A program made the position numbers and the translations under genes. A DNA stretch of 64,000 nt from a bacterium (GTDB taxonomy: Bacteria; UBA8248). The stretch spans positions 2,176,001 to 2,240,000 of the forward strand of contig OZ244799.1 of NCBI GenBank assembly GCA_965219955.1, written 5' to 3'. This document shows, one piece after another, positions 29,020 through 39,611 of this stretch. Under the pieces are notes generated by a model. The model did no database searches. It was not told the origin of the DNA and worked only from the letters and a program-made list of their open reading frames with translations. Position 1 is the stretch's first letter, and every line of letters starts with the position of its first letter.

Positions 29020-29948
29020 AGACTCAATTTTTTCCGCCCGTTTTCGATATCCAGGCGAATCTGCCGCACGAGTTCTTCGGGGCCCGAGAACTTTTTCTCT
29101 TCGCGCAAGCGGGAGACGAATTCCACTCGAATGGATTTCCCATACAGATCCCCTTCCCAATCCAATAGGTGGGTTTCGAGAGTTACTTGCTTTTTATCGA
29201 ACGTGGGACGATTCCCGATGTTCGTCACGGCGGGATATCGGCGGCCCTCCCGCCCATCAATCTGCACCCGAGAGGCGTACACCCCGTTCTCGGGAATCAG
29301 GATGGGGGGATAATCCACGTTGGCCGTCGGGATACCGATTTGCCGGCCCCGCCCGTCGCCGCGAACCACCCGTCCCTCTATCATATGGTGCTGCCCCAAC
29401 CGGCGCGCGGCCTCCTCCACCGCACCACTCAGCAACAGCTTTCGTATTTCCGTGCTGCTGACCCGCCTCTCCTCGAACATATAAGGGTCCAGCACGTGCG
29501 TTTCGAACCCGGCGCTCGCCCCCTCTTCCTGCAGGAGTTCGACGTTTCCCGCACGTCCTCTCCCGAAACGGAAGTTGAAACCGATCACCACGAGCGAAGC
29601 TCTCAGGCCCTCGCCGATAATCTGCCGCGCGAAATCCCTCGCCACGGTTTGCGCCAGAGCGGGCGTGAATTTCTCAATCACCACGGCGTCGACGTTCCGG
29701 GCTTCCAGGCGGGCCAGTTTTTCCTCCAGGGTCGTCATCAGGGGGGGGCGTCTTTCAGGAGCAACCACGGAGAGCGGGTGCGGCTCGAACGTCAATATGA
29801 CGCTCCGGCCTCCGCGCCGGGCGGCCTCTTCCTTGATGAACCGGCAAATCTCTCTATGAGCGAGATGGACGCCGTCAAAATTCCCGATACTCAATACCGA
29901 GGGAGAATCCTCAGGATCATAGGCGTCTACTCCCTCGAAAACTTCCAC
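29016..29948 (-). CDS. ribF: Bifunctional riboflavin kinase/FAD synthetase
   Basis: GNFDGVHLAH, SSTEIR, GIPTAN and NIGNRPTF motifs. Confidence 0.96.
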   Translation of the reverse strand: MEVFEGVDAYDPEDSPSVLSIGNFDGVHLAHREICRFIKEEAARRGGRSVILTFEPHPLSVVAPERRPPLMTTLEEKLARLEARNVDAVVIEKFTPALAQTVARDFARQIIGEGLRASLVVIGFNFRFGRGRAGNVELLQEEGASAGFETHVLDPYMFEERRVSSTEIRKLLLSGAVEEAARRLGQHHMIEGRVVRGDGRGRQIGIPTANVDYPPILIPENGVYASRVQIDGREGRRYPAVTNIGNRPTFDKKQVTLETHLLDWEGDLYGKSIRVEFVSRLREEKKFSGPEELVRQIRLDIENGRKKLSL

Positions 29949-30247
29949 CGTTCGATCACCTCAAAAGAACCGCGCCTTATGAAAAGCAACTACGAACCAA
30001 AGGTTTCTTTCGAAAATCTTTCTAGCAGAGCGTCGCGCACTTGCGCAAGAAAAGAAAGGGCAACGCTCTATCTCCCACATTTACAAAGAGTAACCGATGA
30101 AAAAACAAAAACTCATTTCCCTTTTCACCCCGATGCGAGTAGTATATTCTCAAGAAGCCGAAAAACTGGACCGGGAGTATGGAGTGTAGATTCACGGTAC
30201 AAGCGACCTACGATCAACGCCGCCAGTAACGTGGAGCAAGGTTTTTC

Positions 30248-31867
30248 ATGAGACCGCCCAAATTATTTTCTTTCCGCATTATTGCGCCTTTCATTCTCGT
30301 TTCTTTATTCTCACCCCTTCTCCCGGACGCAGCCTCAGCCCCGAAACCCACCATGTCTGCGGAAACGTCCTTCGAGCGTCCGCGCAGCAGCGTGACGCCG
30401 CCAAGCATAAGAGGCCCTCGCCTCGCGCTGTCCATGCGAGAAGCCGTGAGCATCGCCCTTGCGCGCAATTTCGACATCACCATCGCCGGGTTCGACCCCG
30501 ACATCGCGGAAAGCAACGTCACCAGAGAACGCTCCGCCTTCGACCCCCAGGCCTTCGTGGACACGAGCGTCAGCAAATCCAAGCTCGGCTCTGCGAACAG
30601 CGCATTCAACAGGACCGGGGGAATACGGGAAGCCGATTCCCTGGGTATCGCGGCCGGCATCCGCCAACGAATCATCACGGGAGCGGAGTATTCACTCATC
30701 CTGCGAAATCTCAGGGAATCGACGAATTCCCCGCAAAACGTATTCGACCCGAGTTACCAAACCAGCCTTACTTTCACCATCGAACAGCCTTTGTTCAAAA
30801 ATTTCGGCATCGATATCAACCGGGCCAGGATCAAGGTGGCCATGGCCACGAAAGAACAAACGCTTCATGCGTATCGAAGCAGGGTTATCCAGACGGTGGA
30901 CGCCGTTCAACAGGCTTACTGGAACCTCGTCTTCTCCATCGAAAATCTCCAGTTCAGGCGAAAGTCGCTCGATCTCGCAAAGGACCTCTTGCGCCGGAAC
31001 AAGATTCAAGTCGAGGTCGGCACGCTCGCCCCGATAGAGATAACGGAGGCGGAAGCCACCGTCGCCTCCCGGGAAGAAGCCCTTCTCGTAGCGGAGCGCG
31101 AAGTCAAGGACAGGGAAGACACCCTCAAGATGCTGCTCAACGTAGCGGAGGAGCCCTCTGCCTGGGGCATCAGCATCCTGCCGAGAGACAAACCGAGGTT
31201 CAGAAACGTACGAGTGGATGAGATGCAACTCACACTCGACGCCTTGCGCAAGCATGCGGAACTGGAGAATGCGCGCCTGGAAATCGACAAAAGAAAAATC
31301 GATATGAAAGTAGCGAAACAAAACCTGCTGCCCGAAGTCAATTTGAACGCGTCGGCATCCAACAACTCTCTTGCGGAAAGCGAAGGGAGAGCCTTCGAGG
31401 AGCAATTCAAGAACGAAAGATACTCATTCTCCGGCGGCGTCTCGTTCCGTATACCCATCGGAAACAGGGGGGCGAAGGCGGACTACCGCCAGGCGCAACT
31501 CAGGCACGCCAAAACGGTGACCTCCTACCATAAAACGCAGCAGGCCATCATGGAGGAAGTTCGCCGCAACGCGCGCAGAGTTCGCGTAAACGTAAAACGG
31601 ATCGAGGCGACGCGCGTCGCCAGAAGGCTGGCGGAAGAGCGCCTCGATGCCCAGGAGAAAAAATTCAAGGTCGGGCTCTCGACGAGCAGAGACATTCTCG
31701 AAGACCAGGAAAGGCTGGCCAACTCCCTGACGCAGGAAACCCGGGCGCTCATCGACTATCACAAGTCTCTCGCCTCATTGGATAGGGCGACACATTCCAC
31801 ACTCGAGCGGTTCCAGATCGAAATGTTCTATCCCGGCGAGGTCAAGGCGAAACCAGCCACAAAATGA
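30248..31867 (+). CDS. TolC-family outer membrane protein
   Basis: Signal peptide and two OEP repeats (AVSIALARN, AYWNL, LLPEVNL). Confidence 0.9.
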   Translation: MRPPKLFSFRIIAPFILVSLFSPLLPDAASAPKPTMSAETSFERPRSSVTPPSIRGPRLALSMREAVSIALARNFDITIAGFDPDIAESNVTRERSAFDPQAFVDTSVSKSKLGSANSAFNRTGGIREADSLGIAAGIRQRIITGAEYSLILRNLRESTNSPQNVFDPSYQTSLTFTIEQPLFKNFGIDINRARIKVAMATKEQTLHAYRSRVIQTVDAVQQAYWNLVFSIENLQFRRKSLDLAKDLLRRNKIQVEVGTLAPIEITEAEATVASREEALLVAEREVKDREDTLKMLLNVAEEPSAWGISILPRDKPRFRNVRVDEMQLTLDALRKHAELENARLEIDKRKIDMKVAKQNLLPEVNLNASASNNSLAESEGRAFEEQFKNERYSFSGGVSFRIPIGNRGAKADYRQAQLRHAKTVTSYHKTQQAIMEEVRRNARRVRVNVKRIEATRVARRLAEERLDAQEKKFKVGLSTSRDILEDQERLANSLTQETRALIDYHKSLASLDRATHSTLERFQIEMFYPGEVKAKPATK

Positions 31868-32307
31868 GTCATCCCCGAATCCTGGGAATGGACTTCGGCG
31901 AAAAGCGGGTCGGGCTCGCCATCAGCGACTCGCTGGGTCTGACGTCCCAACCACTCGGCCTCATCGAAAGACAAAGCGATGAGCAACTGCTCGACGAGAC
32001 AAGGAACATCATCCATGAGCGTCATGTTCATCTTCTGGTCGTGGGGCACCCCGTCGGACTGTCGAACCGTGATACGTCCATGGCGAAGCGCACCAGGAGG
32101 TTCGTGAAATTTTTACGCAACAACCTCGAAATTCCCGTCGAAAAATGGGATGAGCGGCTCAGCACGACGCAGGCGGACCGCGTTTTGAATGAAATGGAAA
32201 CCAAGCCGAGCCGGAAGATGAAAAAGCGCGACGTCATCGCGGCGCAACTCATTCTACAGGCCTACCTGGATCACCAAAACGCGAAACGCCCGACTTCCGA
32301 TGAGTGA
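31864..32307 (+). CDS. yqgF: YqgF/RuvX nuclease
   Basis: ILGMDFGEKRVGLAISD, WDERLST and AAQLILQAYLD motifs. Confidence 0.93.
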   Translation: MSHPRILGMDFGEKRVGLAISDSLGLTSQPLGLIERQSDEQLLDETRNIIHERHVHLLVVGHPVGLSNRDTSMAKRTRRFVKFLRNNLEIPVEKWDERLSTTQADRVLNEMETKPSRKMKKRDVIAAQLILQAYLDHQNAKRPTSDE

Positions 32308-33367
32308 AAACGAAAATCCCGTCCAGGAAAACGAGGCGCCGGAGCCAGAGCCTCCCGCCAAAAAGAGGCGGCTCGGGAAAATCCTCGTCGTACTTTTCTC
32401 CTCCATCATCCTGGTCGCTTTCATCGGCTATCAATATCTCGACGGTGAATTCCATCGGCCCGCGAACCCCAAAGCGGATGAAACGAAACACATCCACATC
32501 CGCTCCGGCATGTCCTTCACCCGGATACTCGAATTGCTGGAGAAAAACCGCCTGATTCAAAACCCCGGATTGTTCCACCTCCAGGCCAGACTCAGGGGCG
32601 GCGCCAAGAGCATTCAAGCCGGCGTCTATGCGCTCAAAGCATCCATGTCGCCGCGAGAGATATATCGGCACTTGTCAGAGGGCAGAGTCGCCCGGCGCAC
32701 ATTCACCATTCCCGAGGGTTACAACGTCCGGGAAATCGCACGAACGATTCAGCGCGCGAAACTCGCCGGTGAAGAAGAAATTCTCAGGCTCTCCCGCGAT
32801 CCTTCCTTTCTGGAAAAACTCGATATTTCCGCGGCCTCCATCGAGGGATATCTGTTCCCCGACACGTATCATTTCCCGGTGGGCACGGAAGCGAAAAAAA
32901 TCCTGACGCTCATGGTTCGAACGATGCGGAAAAAATTCTCGCCCGCTCTCAGAGAACAGGCGAAAACGATGGGATTCACCATCCATCAGGCGCTCACCCT
33001 CGCCTCGATTATCGAAAAAGAGACATCTCTCGGCAGCGAACGTCCACTCATCGCGGCCGTTTTCATCAACCGGCTCAAACGAAGAATGCGCCTCCAGAGC
33101 GACCCCACCGTCATATACGGGCTCCCCCATTTCGACGGAAACATCACCAAAAAAGACTTGCGATACGATTCACCCTACAACACCTACCTCCACCGGGGAC
33201 TTCCCCCGGGCCCCATCGCCAGTCCGGGGCTGGAATCCATCAAATCGGCCCTGAATCCCGCTAAGGTGAAATATCTGTATTTCGTGGCCACCAAGGCCGG
33301 CGGCCATCGATTTTCCCGCACGTACCGCGAACACCGCCGCGCCGTGAACCGGTACCAGCGCCGATAG
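32300..33367 (+). CDS. mltG: Endolytic transglycosylase MltG
   Basis: EGYLFPDTY, LASIIEKE, LQSDPT and SPYNTY...GLPPGPIASPG motifs. Confidence 0.96.
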   Translation: MSENENPVQENEAPEPEPPAKKRRLGKILVVLFSSIILVAFIGYQYLDGEFHRPANPKADETKHIHIRSGMSFTRILELLEKNRLIQNPGLFHLQARLRGGAKSIQAGVYALKASMSPREIYRHLSEGRVARRTFTIPEGYNVREIARTIQRAKLAGEEEILRLSRDPSFLEKLDISAASIEGYLFPDTYHFPVGTEAKKILTLMVRTMRKKFSPALREQAKTMGFTIHQALTLASIIEKETSLGSERPLIAAVFINRLKRRMRLQSDPTVIYGLPHFDGNITKKDLRYDSPYNTYLHRGLPPGPIASPGLESIKSALNPAKVKYLYFVATKAGGHRFSRTYREHRRAVNRYQRR

Positions 33368-33524
33368 ATGTCGGTTGACCCCGGAATTGCGGTGGTGGCA
33401 TGATTGTCAACCAGTTGCCCCGGCACAGGAAGACGCAAGAGTTCTAAAGAGATTTGAGCGTAGACTCCTTGTTCTTATCCCCCATTCGGCTCATCCAGCG
33501 AACGCCCGGACGAGGACCGAACAT

Positions 33525-34250
33525 ATGACGACCAGATTACTTCTCCTCGACGAAAGCCTTCTCGTGCAGCGAGTCGTGGAATTGGCCTACAGGGACAGGG
33601 GAGTCGACGTCCAGATAGCGGAGAATGCAGACGAAGCGCTTGAAATGGCGGAGAATGCGGCGCCGGACATCGTCGTCGCCAGCCTGGACATGGAGGGTTC
33701 CGACGGCCTGGGATTTTGCCGTCGCCTGCGCGAAAAACCGGAACTCTCCCAGGTCCCTCTCCTCGTTTTAACGAGCACGCGCAAAAGCGTCAGCGATGAG
33801 GAAATCCAGGAAGTGGGCGCGGTGGCGAACATCGAAAAACCGTTCAAACCGGTGGTATTCACGGACGAAGTGGAGCGCATCATCGGCCCTGGACATAGCG
33901 TATCGACACAACAGCCCGAAGCGCAGGCGGAGCCAGGTTCCCCGACGGCAACGGTGGTCGAGAAAACTGCAGAGGAAGCGCCCTCCCCTTCTGAGGACAC
34001 GACAGGAGAATCCGAAGAATCGCAAGAGGCTTCCGCCGCTGAAGAGGAGCAACGGCCCACATTCGACGCCCCGCCCGCTCTCGATAGTGAAACACTCGCT
34101 CCCATCATCCAGAAACATCTCGAAGAAGCCGCTGAAAGGATCGCCCCCACGTTGCTCAGCCACATCGAAGACGCCGTGGTAAAACAGCTCCCCTATATCG
34201 TAGAGAAAATCGTCATTCGAGAAATCGAAAAAATCAAACGCGGAGAATAA
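33525..34250 (+). CDS. Atypical response regulator (receiver, acidic/Pro linker, helical C-terminus; RomR-like)
   Basis: Receiver fold (LLLDES, PLLVLT, IEKPF), E/P/A-rich linker and C-terminal helix LPYIVEKIVIREIEKIK; directly upstream of valS. Confidence 0.8.
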   Translation: MTTRLLLLDESLLVQRVVELAYRDRGVDVQIAENADEALEMAENAAPDIVVASLDMEGSDGLGFCRRLREKPELSQVPLLVLTSTRKSVSDEEIQEVGAVANIEKPFKPVVFTDEVERIIGPGHSVSTQQPEAQAEPGSPTATVVEKTAEEAPSPSEDTTGESEESQEASAAEEEQRPTFDAPPALDSETLAPIIQKHLEEAAERIAPTLLSHIEDAVVKQLPYIVEKIVIREIEKIKRGE

Positions 34251-34253
34251 ATT

Positions 34254-36875
34254 TTGCTGGAACCCCGCTACGACCCGAAAGGGGCCGAAGATCGCTGGTA
34301 TGCCGAATGGCTGAAGCGCGGATATTTTCACGGCGCGCCCAGCGAGAACCATGAGCCTTACTCCATCGTCATCCCGCCCCCGAACGTGACGGGCTCGCTC
34401 CATATGGGCCACGCCCTGAACAACACCCTGCAGGACATCCTCATCCGCTGGAAGCGCATGAGCGGACTGCGCGTCTGCTGGATGCCGGGCACCGACCACG
34501 CGGGCATCGCCACCCAGAACGTTGTGGAGCGCCAACTCGCCGAGGAAAACCTATCGCGGGAAGCCCTGGGGCGTGAGAAATTCATCGAGCGCGTCTGGAA
34601 GTGGAAAGCCGAGAGCGGCGGAACCATCATCCGCCAGCTTCACCGCCTGGGCGCTTCGTGCGACTGGGAGCGCGAGCGGTTCACGATGGACGAGGGGCTC
34701 TCCCGCGCCGTGCGCGAGGCCTTCGTGAGGCTTTACGAAGAGGGGTTGATTTACCGCGACAACTACCTGGTGAACTGGTGTCCGAGGTGCGAGACGGCCG
34801 TATCCGACCTGGAAGTCGAACACGAAGAACACGACGGCCACCTGTGGAATTTTCACTACCCGCTCTGGAGCGGCGGGGACGGCGTCACCATCGCGACGAC
34901 GCGCCCCGAGACCATGCTCGGCGATACGGCCGTGGCCGTCCATCCCGACGACGAGAGATACAGGAGCCTCGTGGGCGAGCATCTGCGCCTGCCGCTGCTG
35001 GACAGGAAAATCCCCGTCATCGCGGATTCTTTCGTGGACGCCGAGTTCGGCTCCGGCGCCGTGAAGGTCACGCCCGCGCACGACCCGAACGATTTCGAGG
35101 CGGGACTCAGAAACGACCTGCCGCAAGTCAACATCCTCACCCCGGATGCCAAGATCAACGAAAACGGGGGCCCCTACGAGGGGCTGGACCGCTTCGAGGC
35201 TAGAAAGCGCATCGTCGCCGACCTGGAAGCGCAGGGGCTGATGCGCGGGGTGGAGGCCCATCGCCACGCCATAGGCGGGTGCTACCGCTGCGGCACGGTG
35301 GTGGAGCCTTATCTCTCGAAACAATGGTTCGTGCGCGCGAAGCCGCTGGCGGAGGAATCGATACGCGCCGTCGAGGACGGGCGGATCAGGATCGTCCCCA
35401 AACAGTGGGAGTCCACCTATTTCGAGTGGATGCACAACATCCGGGACTGGTGCATCAGCCGCCAGATCTGGTGGGGCCACCAGATACCCGCCTGGTACAA
35501 CGACGATACCGGAGAGGTCATCGTCTCACGCGAAGATCCGGGCGACCCGAACTTAAGACGCGAAACCGACGTGCTCGACACCTGGTTCAGTTCGGCTCTG
35601 TGGCCCTTCTCGACGTTCGGGTGGCCGGATGAAAATGAAGATCTGAAATACTTCTACCCCACGTCCGTTCTCGTTACCGGCTTCGACATCATCTTCTTCT
35701 GGGTGGCGCGAATGATCATGACGGGGCTCAAGTTCATGGGCGACGTCCCCTTCCGCGACGTCTACATCCACGCGCTGGTGCGCGACGAGCAGGGCCACAA
35801 GATGAGCAAGACGCGCGGGAACATCATCGACCCGCTCGAGATCATCGAGGAATTCGGAACGGATTCTCTGCGCTTCACCCTAACCGCCATGGCCGCTCAG
35901 GGGCGCGACATACGCCTGTCCACTGAGCGAATCGCCGGGTACCGGAATTTCTGCAACAAAATCTGGAACGCGGCCCGCTTCACGCTCATGAACCTGGGCG
36001 AGAGCGTTCCCCCCATGCCTCCCAGAGAAGAACTCTCACTCGGGGACAGGTGGATACTGAGCCGCCTGAACGGTGTGACGCGCCAGGTGGACGAGGCGCT
36101 CGAGGAATACCGCTTCAACGACGCAGCCCTGGCGCTCTACCACTTCACATGGCACGAACTGTGCGACTGGTATCTGGAAGTCATCAAACCCGCCCTCATC
36201 TCCGGCGAGGGCGGCGACGCCAGCCGAGCCGTGCTCGCCGAAGCGCTCGAACGCACGCTCAGGCTGCTGCACCCGGTCATCCCCTTCATCACCGAGGAGA
36301 TCTGGCAGAAACTCCCGAACCGCACGGGCGAGAGCATCATGATGGCCGAGTGGCCGGAGCCGCAGGACGGATGGGACGACGCGCAAGCGGAATCGGAATT
36401 CGAGGCCCTGATGGACATGATCGGCGGCATCAGAAACATCCGCGGCGAGCTCAACATTTCCCCCAACAAGGAGATGCCCGCGCATATTCAGGTACAAGAC
36501 CCCGGGAAACTCGAGGTTATCCTGCGAGAATCCGAATGGATACGGAGACTGGCGAGAATCGCGCCCGACTGGAAGGTCGGCCCCGACGTGGAGCGGCCCA
36601 AGGCGTCGGCCCACACCGTTTTCGGCTACGGGCAGGCATTTGTTCCCATCGGCGGACTCATCGACGTCGAAGAGGAACTGAAGCGTCTCCACAAACAAAT
36701 CGCCGACGCGAGCGATACGATTTCCGGCCTCGAGAAAAAACTCGCCAATCCCGCTTTCATCGAACGCGCGCCCGCCGAAATCGTGGAAAAGGACAAAACC
36801 CGCCTGCGTGAAACCCTGGATCGCGCGGCAAAACTCCGCGAGAGCGCGGAGCGGATCGCAGAGTTCCAAAACTAG
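34254..36875 (+). CDS. valS: Valine--tRNA ligase
   Basis: PPPNVTGSLHMGH, DWCISRQIWWGH and KMSKT motifs. Confidence 0.99.
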   Translation: MLEPRYDPKGAEDRWYAEWLKRGYFHGAPSENHEPYSIVIPPPNVTGSLHMGHALNNTLQDILIRWKRMSGLRVCWMPGTDHAGIATQNVVERQLAEENLSREALGREKFIERVWKWKAESGGTIIRQLHRLGASCDWERERFTMDEGLSRAVREAFVRLYEEGLIYRDNYLVNWCPRCETAVSDLEVEHEEHDGHLWNFHYPLWSGGDGVTIATTRPETMLGDTAVAVHPDDERYRSLVGEHLRLPLLDRKIPVIADSFVDAEFGSGAVKVTPAHDPNDFEAGLRNDLPQVNILTPDAKINENGGPYEGLDRFEARKRIVADLEAQGLMRGVEAHRHAIGGCYRCGTVVEPYLSKQWFVRAKPLAEESIRAVEDGRIRIVPKQWESTYFEWMHNIRDWCISRQIWWGHQIPAWYNDDTGEVIVSREDPGDPNLRRETDVLDTWFSSALWPFSTFGWPDENEDLKYFYPTSVLVTGFDIIFFWVARMIMTGLKFMGDVPFRDVYIHALVRDEQGHKMSKTRGNIIDPLEIIEEFGTDSLRFTLTAMAAQGRDIRLSTERIAGYRNFCNKIWNAARFTLMNLGESVPPMPPREELSLGDRWILSRLNGVTRQVDEALEEYRFNDAALALYHFTWHELCDWYLEVIKPALISGEGGDASRAVLAEALERTLRLLHPVIPFITEEIWQKLPNRTGESIMMAEWPEPQDGWDDAQAESEFEALMDMIGGIRNIRGELNISPNKEMPAHIQVQDPGKLEVILRESEWIRRLARIAPDWKVGPDVERPKASAHTVFGYGQAFVPIGGLIDVEEELKRLHKQIADASDTISGLEKKLANPAFIERAPAEIVEKDKTRLRETLDRAAKLRESAERIAEFQN

Positions 36876-37643
36876 ATGAACCCCATCGGCGCCGAGGAAA
36901 AAACACTCGATTGGCGGATCGAAACTGTCGAGGTGACAAGTTCCACCAACGATCTGGTTTCGGCCCGTGCGCGGGAAGGCGAGCCGGGCGGCCTCGTGAT
37001 ACGCGCGATTTCCCAAACCAAAGGACGCGGCAGAAGAGGGCGCTCCTGGTTTTCACCGCCTGCGAGCGGACTGTATTTCTCCGCCCTGCTTCGCCCGAGC
37101 GGCGAATCCGGTATTTCATCCCTCCTGACGCTTCTCCTCGGCGTCGCCGCCGCGGAAGGACTGGCAGAGGCGACGGGCCTTCGGGTCGGACTCAAATGGC
37201 CGAACGACCTGCGGGTGAACGGCAAAAAAATCGGCGGAATCCTGTGTGAATACATGAATTTTCCGAACCAGCCCCCCGCCGTCGTCGCAGGCGTAGGGCT
37301 GAACCTCACGACGCGGGAAGCCGACTTCCCCCCTGAACTGCTTGAGTCGGCATCCTCGGTCCTTCTCTCGGGAGGGCGGGTTCCCGATGCGGAGGGTCTT
37401 CTCCATCTCCTTCTGGGGCGCATCGCTTTCTGGTACAAGGAATATGAATCGAGCGGTTTCGAGGGCGCCCGGGATCAGTGGCTCAGGTTGTGCGACAATC
37501 TGGGCGAAACGGTGTCCGTCCGCGCCGCGGGTGAGACTTTGATTGGAAAAAACAACGGGATTGACGAGGCGGGCCGCCTGCTGCTCGAAAAACAAGACGG
37601 CTCCATCGAGAGAATAACCTCCGGCGAGGTGGAACTCACATGA
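36876..37643 (+). CDS. birA: Biotin--protein ligase (no HTH domain)
   Basis: SSTND, QTKGRGRRGRSW and KWPND...KKIGGIL motifs. Confidence 0.95.
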   Translation: MNPIGAEEKTLDWRIETVEVTSSTNDLVSARAREGEPGGLVIRAISQTKGRGRRGRSWFSPPASGLYFSALLRPSGESGISSLLTLLLGVAAAEGLAEATGLRVGLKWPNDLRVNGKKIGGILCEYMNFPNQPPAVVAGVGLNLTTREADFPPELLESASSVLLSGGRVPDAEGLLHLLLGRIAFWYKEYESSGFEGARDQWLRLCDNLGETVSVRAAGETLIGKNNGIDEAGRLLLEKQDGSIERITSGEVELT

Positions 37644-38419
37644 ACAAAGGCTCCTATCTGCTGGCCATCGACGTGGGCAACACGCAGACCGTCGTGGGGC
37701 TTTTCGACGGCGAAGAACTCGTCTCGAGCTGGCGGCTCGGCTCCGTGGCCCGCCGCACGACGGATGAACTGGCCATTCTCATGGAAGGCTCGTTCCGGCT
37801 GGGAGAACACCAGATGTCGGACGTGGGCCGTGTCGTGATTGCTAGCGTCGTTCCTCCCCTGGGACCGAATCTGGAGGACATGGCGAAACGCTATTTCGGC
37901 GTAAAGCCGCTGGTCGTCGGCCCGGGAATACGGACGGGAATTTCCATCAAGTACGACAATCCCCGCGAAGTGGGGGCGGACAGAATCGTCAACGCCGTCG
38001 CGGGGTACCACCTCTACGGGGGGCCTTTGATCATCGTCGATTTCGGAACGGCCATCACTTTCGACGCGTTATCCGCCTCGGGAGAATACCTGGGCGGCGC
38101 CATTTCGCCGGGCCTGGGAATCGCCCTGGAGGCGCTCATCGATAAAACGGCCCGGCTTCCCCGGGTCGAAACCGCCGTGCCGCCGTCGGTCATCGGGAAA
38201 AACACGGTCCACAGCATTCAGGCAGGCATCGCCTACGGGTACCGGGGCCTTGTCCGGGAAATCGTCGACCGCATGAAAACTGAACTCGGGAGCGACACCA
38301 AAGTCGTCGCAACGGGCGGGCAGAGCCTGGCTCTGGGTGAAGAAGAAGGGGGTTTCGACACGACCAATCCCGATTTGACGTTGCTGGGTCTGCGCCTTAT
38401 CGCCGAGCGAAATCCGTAA
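37640..38419 (+). CDS. coaX: Type III pantothenate kinase
   Basis: IDVGNT, GADRIVN, VDFGTA and ATGG motifs. Confidence 0.96.
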   Translation: MNKGSYLLAIDVGNTQTVVGLFDGEELVSSWRLGSVARRTTDELAILMEGSFRLGEHQMSDVGRVVIASVVPPLGPNLEDMAKRYFGVKPLVVGPGIRTGISIKYDNPREVGADRIVNAVAGYHLYGGPLIIVDFGTAITFDALSASGEYLGGAISPGLGIALEALIDKTARLPRVETAVPPSVIGKNTVHSIQAGIAYGYRGLVREIVDRMKTELGSDTKVVATGGQSLALGEEEGGFDTTNPDLTLLGLRLIAERNP

Positions 38420-38472
38420 ATGAGGCGACCCGGCTACTTCCCCGTCAAAAAGACACAACAAGTGAACCGGCG

Positions 38473-38832
38473 CTACTGAAACGCATCTCGAATCAGTTCT
38501 TTCGCCTTCGGTTTTCTCCCCGCCTCCGCTTCGAGCAGCACCACGTCGAAGCGGCAGATGGATGATTGCTCTTCGGGGTGCGTCATCAGATAGTGCTGCG
38601 CTGCCTGCGCGATTCTGCGCTGTTTCTCGCGACCCACGGACTCCGCCCCGCTCAAGGACTTGCCCGGCGCGCGGGTCTTCACCTCGATGAACGACAACAC
38701 CCCGCCTTCGCGCGCGACGATGTCCACCTCATAGCGCGAGCCACGGTAATTTCGCTCGATGATCTCAAAGCCGTGTCTGCGCAGGAATTTCACGGCGGCG
38801 TCTTCTCCGATTTTCCCGCTCTCGCGGCTCAT
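38473..38832 (-). CDS. yraN: YraN-family protein
   Basis: GEDAA..FL...G..I.ERNY, EVDIVA, FIEVKTR and CRFDVV motifs. Confidence 0.92.
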   Translation of the reverse strand: MSRESGKIGEDAAVKFLRRHGFEIIERNYRGSRYEVDIVAREGGVLSFIEVKTRAPGKSLSGAESVGREKQRRIAQAAQHYLMTHPEEQSSICRFDVVLLEAEAGRKPKAKELIRDAFQ

Positions 38833-38839
38833 GGCGTCC

Positions 38840-39442
38840 TCATGCGCAGGCCGCCGCCGGCACGCCCCGGAATGTGCGTCGATGAATGCGGCAGGGGCCA
38901 TACCGCGCGAGAGCGGCCAGATGATCCCGCGTGGGATACCCCTTGTGCCTGCCGAAGCCATAGCCCGGAAAACGCCCGTCCATCCGGGCCATTACCCGGT
39001 CGCGGTACACCTTGGCGATCACGCTCGCCGCGGCGATGCAGGCGCACCGCGAATCCCCCTTTACGAGGGGAGTCTGCGGAAGTGCGGTGGGAATCTTCCT
39101 GTTCCCGTCGACGAGCACGTGGGCGGGCGCGAGCCCAAGGCCGTTCGCGGCGGTCGCCATGGCGCGAAGGGAGGCTTGCAGGATGTTGATCCGCTCGATC
39201 TCGCGCGGACCCGCCGCCGCAATGGCGACGGCGCGCGCTTTGGCGAGAATCTCGGGCAAGAGCGCCTCCCTTTGGCGCGGGGACAGTTTTTTGCTGTCGT
39301 CGAGGCCGGCGACCCGATTCTCGGGGTCCAGCACCACGGCGGCGGCCACCACCGGACCCGCCAGGGGGCCGCGCCCGGCCTCGTCCACGCCTGCGACGGG
39401 CGAGGCGCCTACCAGCGCGAGTTCGCATTCGATGGAATACAT
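38840..39442 (-). CDS. rnhB: Ribonuclease HII
   Basis: GVDEAGRGPLAGPV, DSKKL and IAAASVIAKV.RD motifs. Confidence 0.97.
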   Translation of the reverse strand: MYSIECELALVGASPVAGVDEAGRGPLAGPVVAAAVVLDPENRVAGLDDSKKLSPRQREALLPEILAKARAVAIAAAGPREIERINILQASLRAMATAANGLGLAPAHVLVDGNRKIPTALPQTPLVKGDSRCACIAAASVIAKVYRDRVMARMDGRFPGYGFGRHKGYPTRDHLAALARYGPCRIHRRTFRGVPAAACA

Positions 39443-39611
39443 GAAAGACCAAAAGGGCGGTGGATTTCCCCAATATATCGATGATTCAGGACGTCCTCAA
39501 GAGGCGAGTCCGCTTACGGGGCAGGGATCGGCCATCCGGGTTGGGAGCGGCCTGAAAATCTGAGAAGATGGGGATATCCTTGAACCAATAAAACTGACTG
39601 GAGAATTTACG

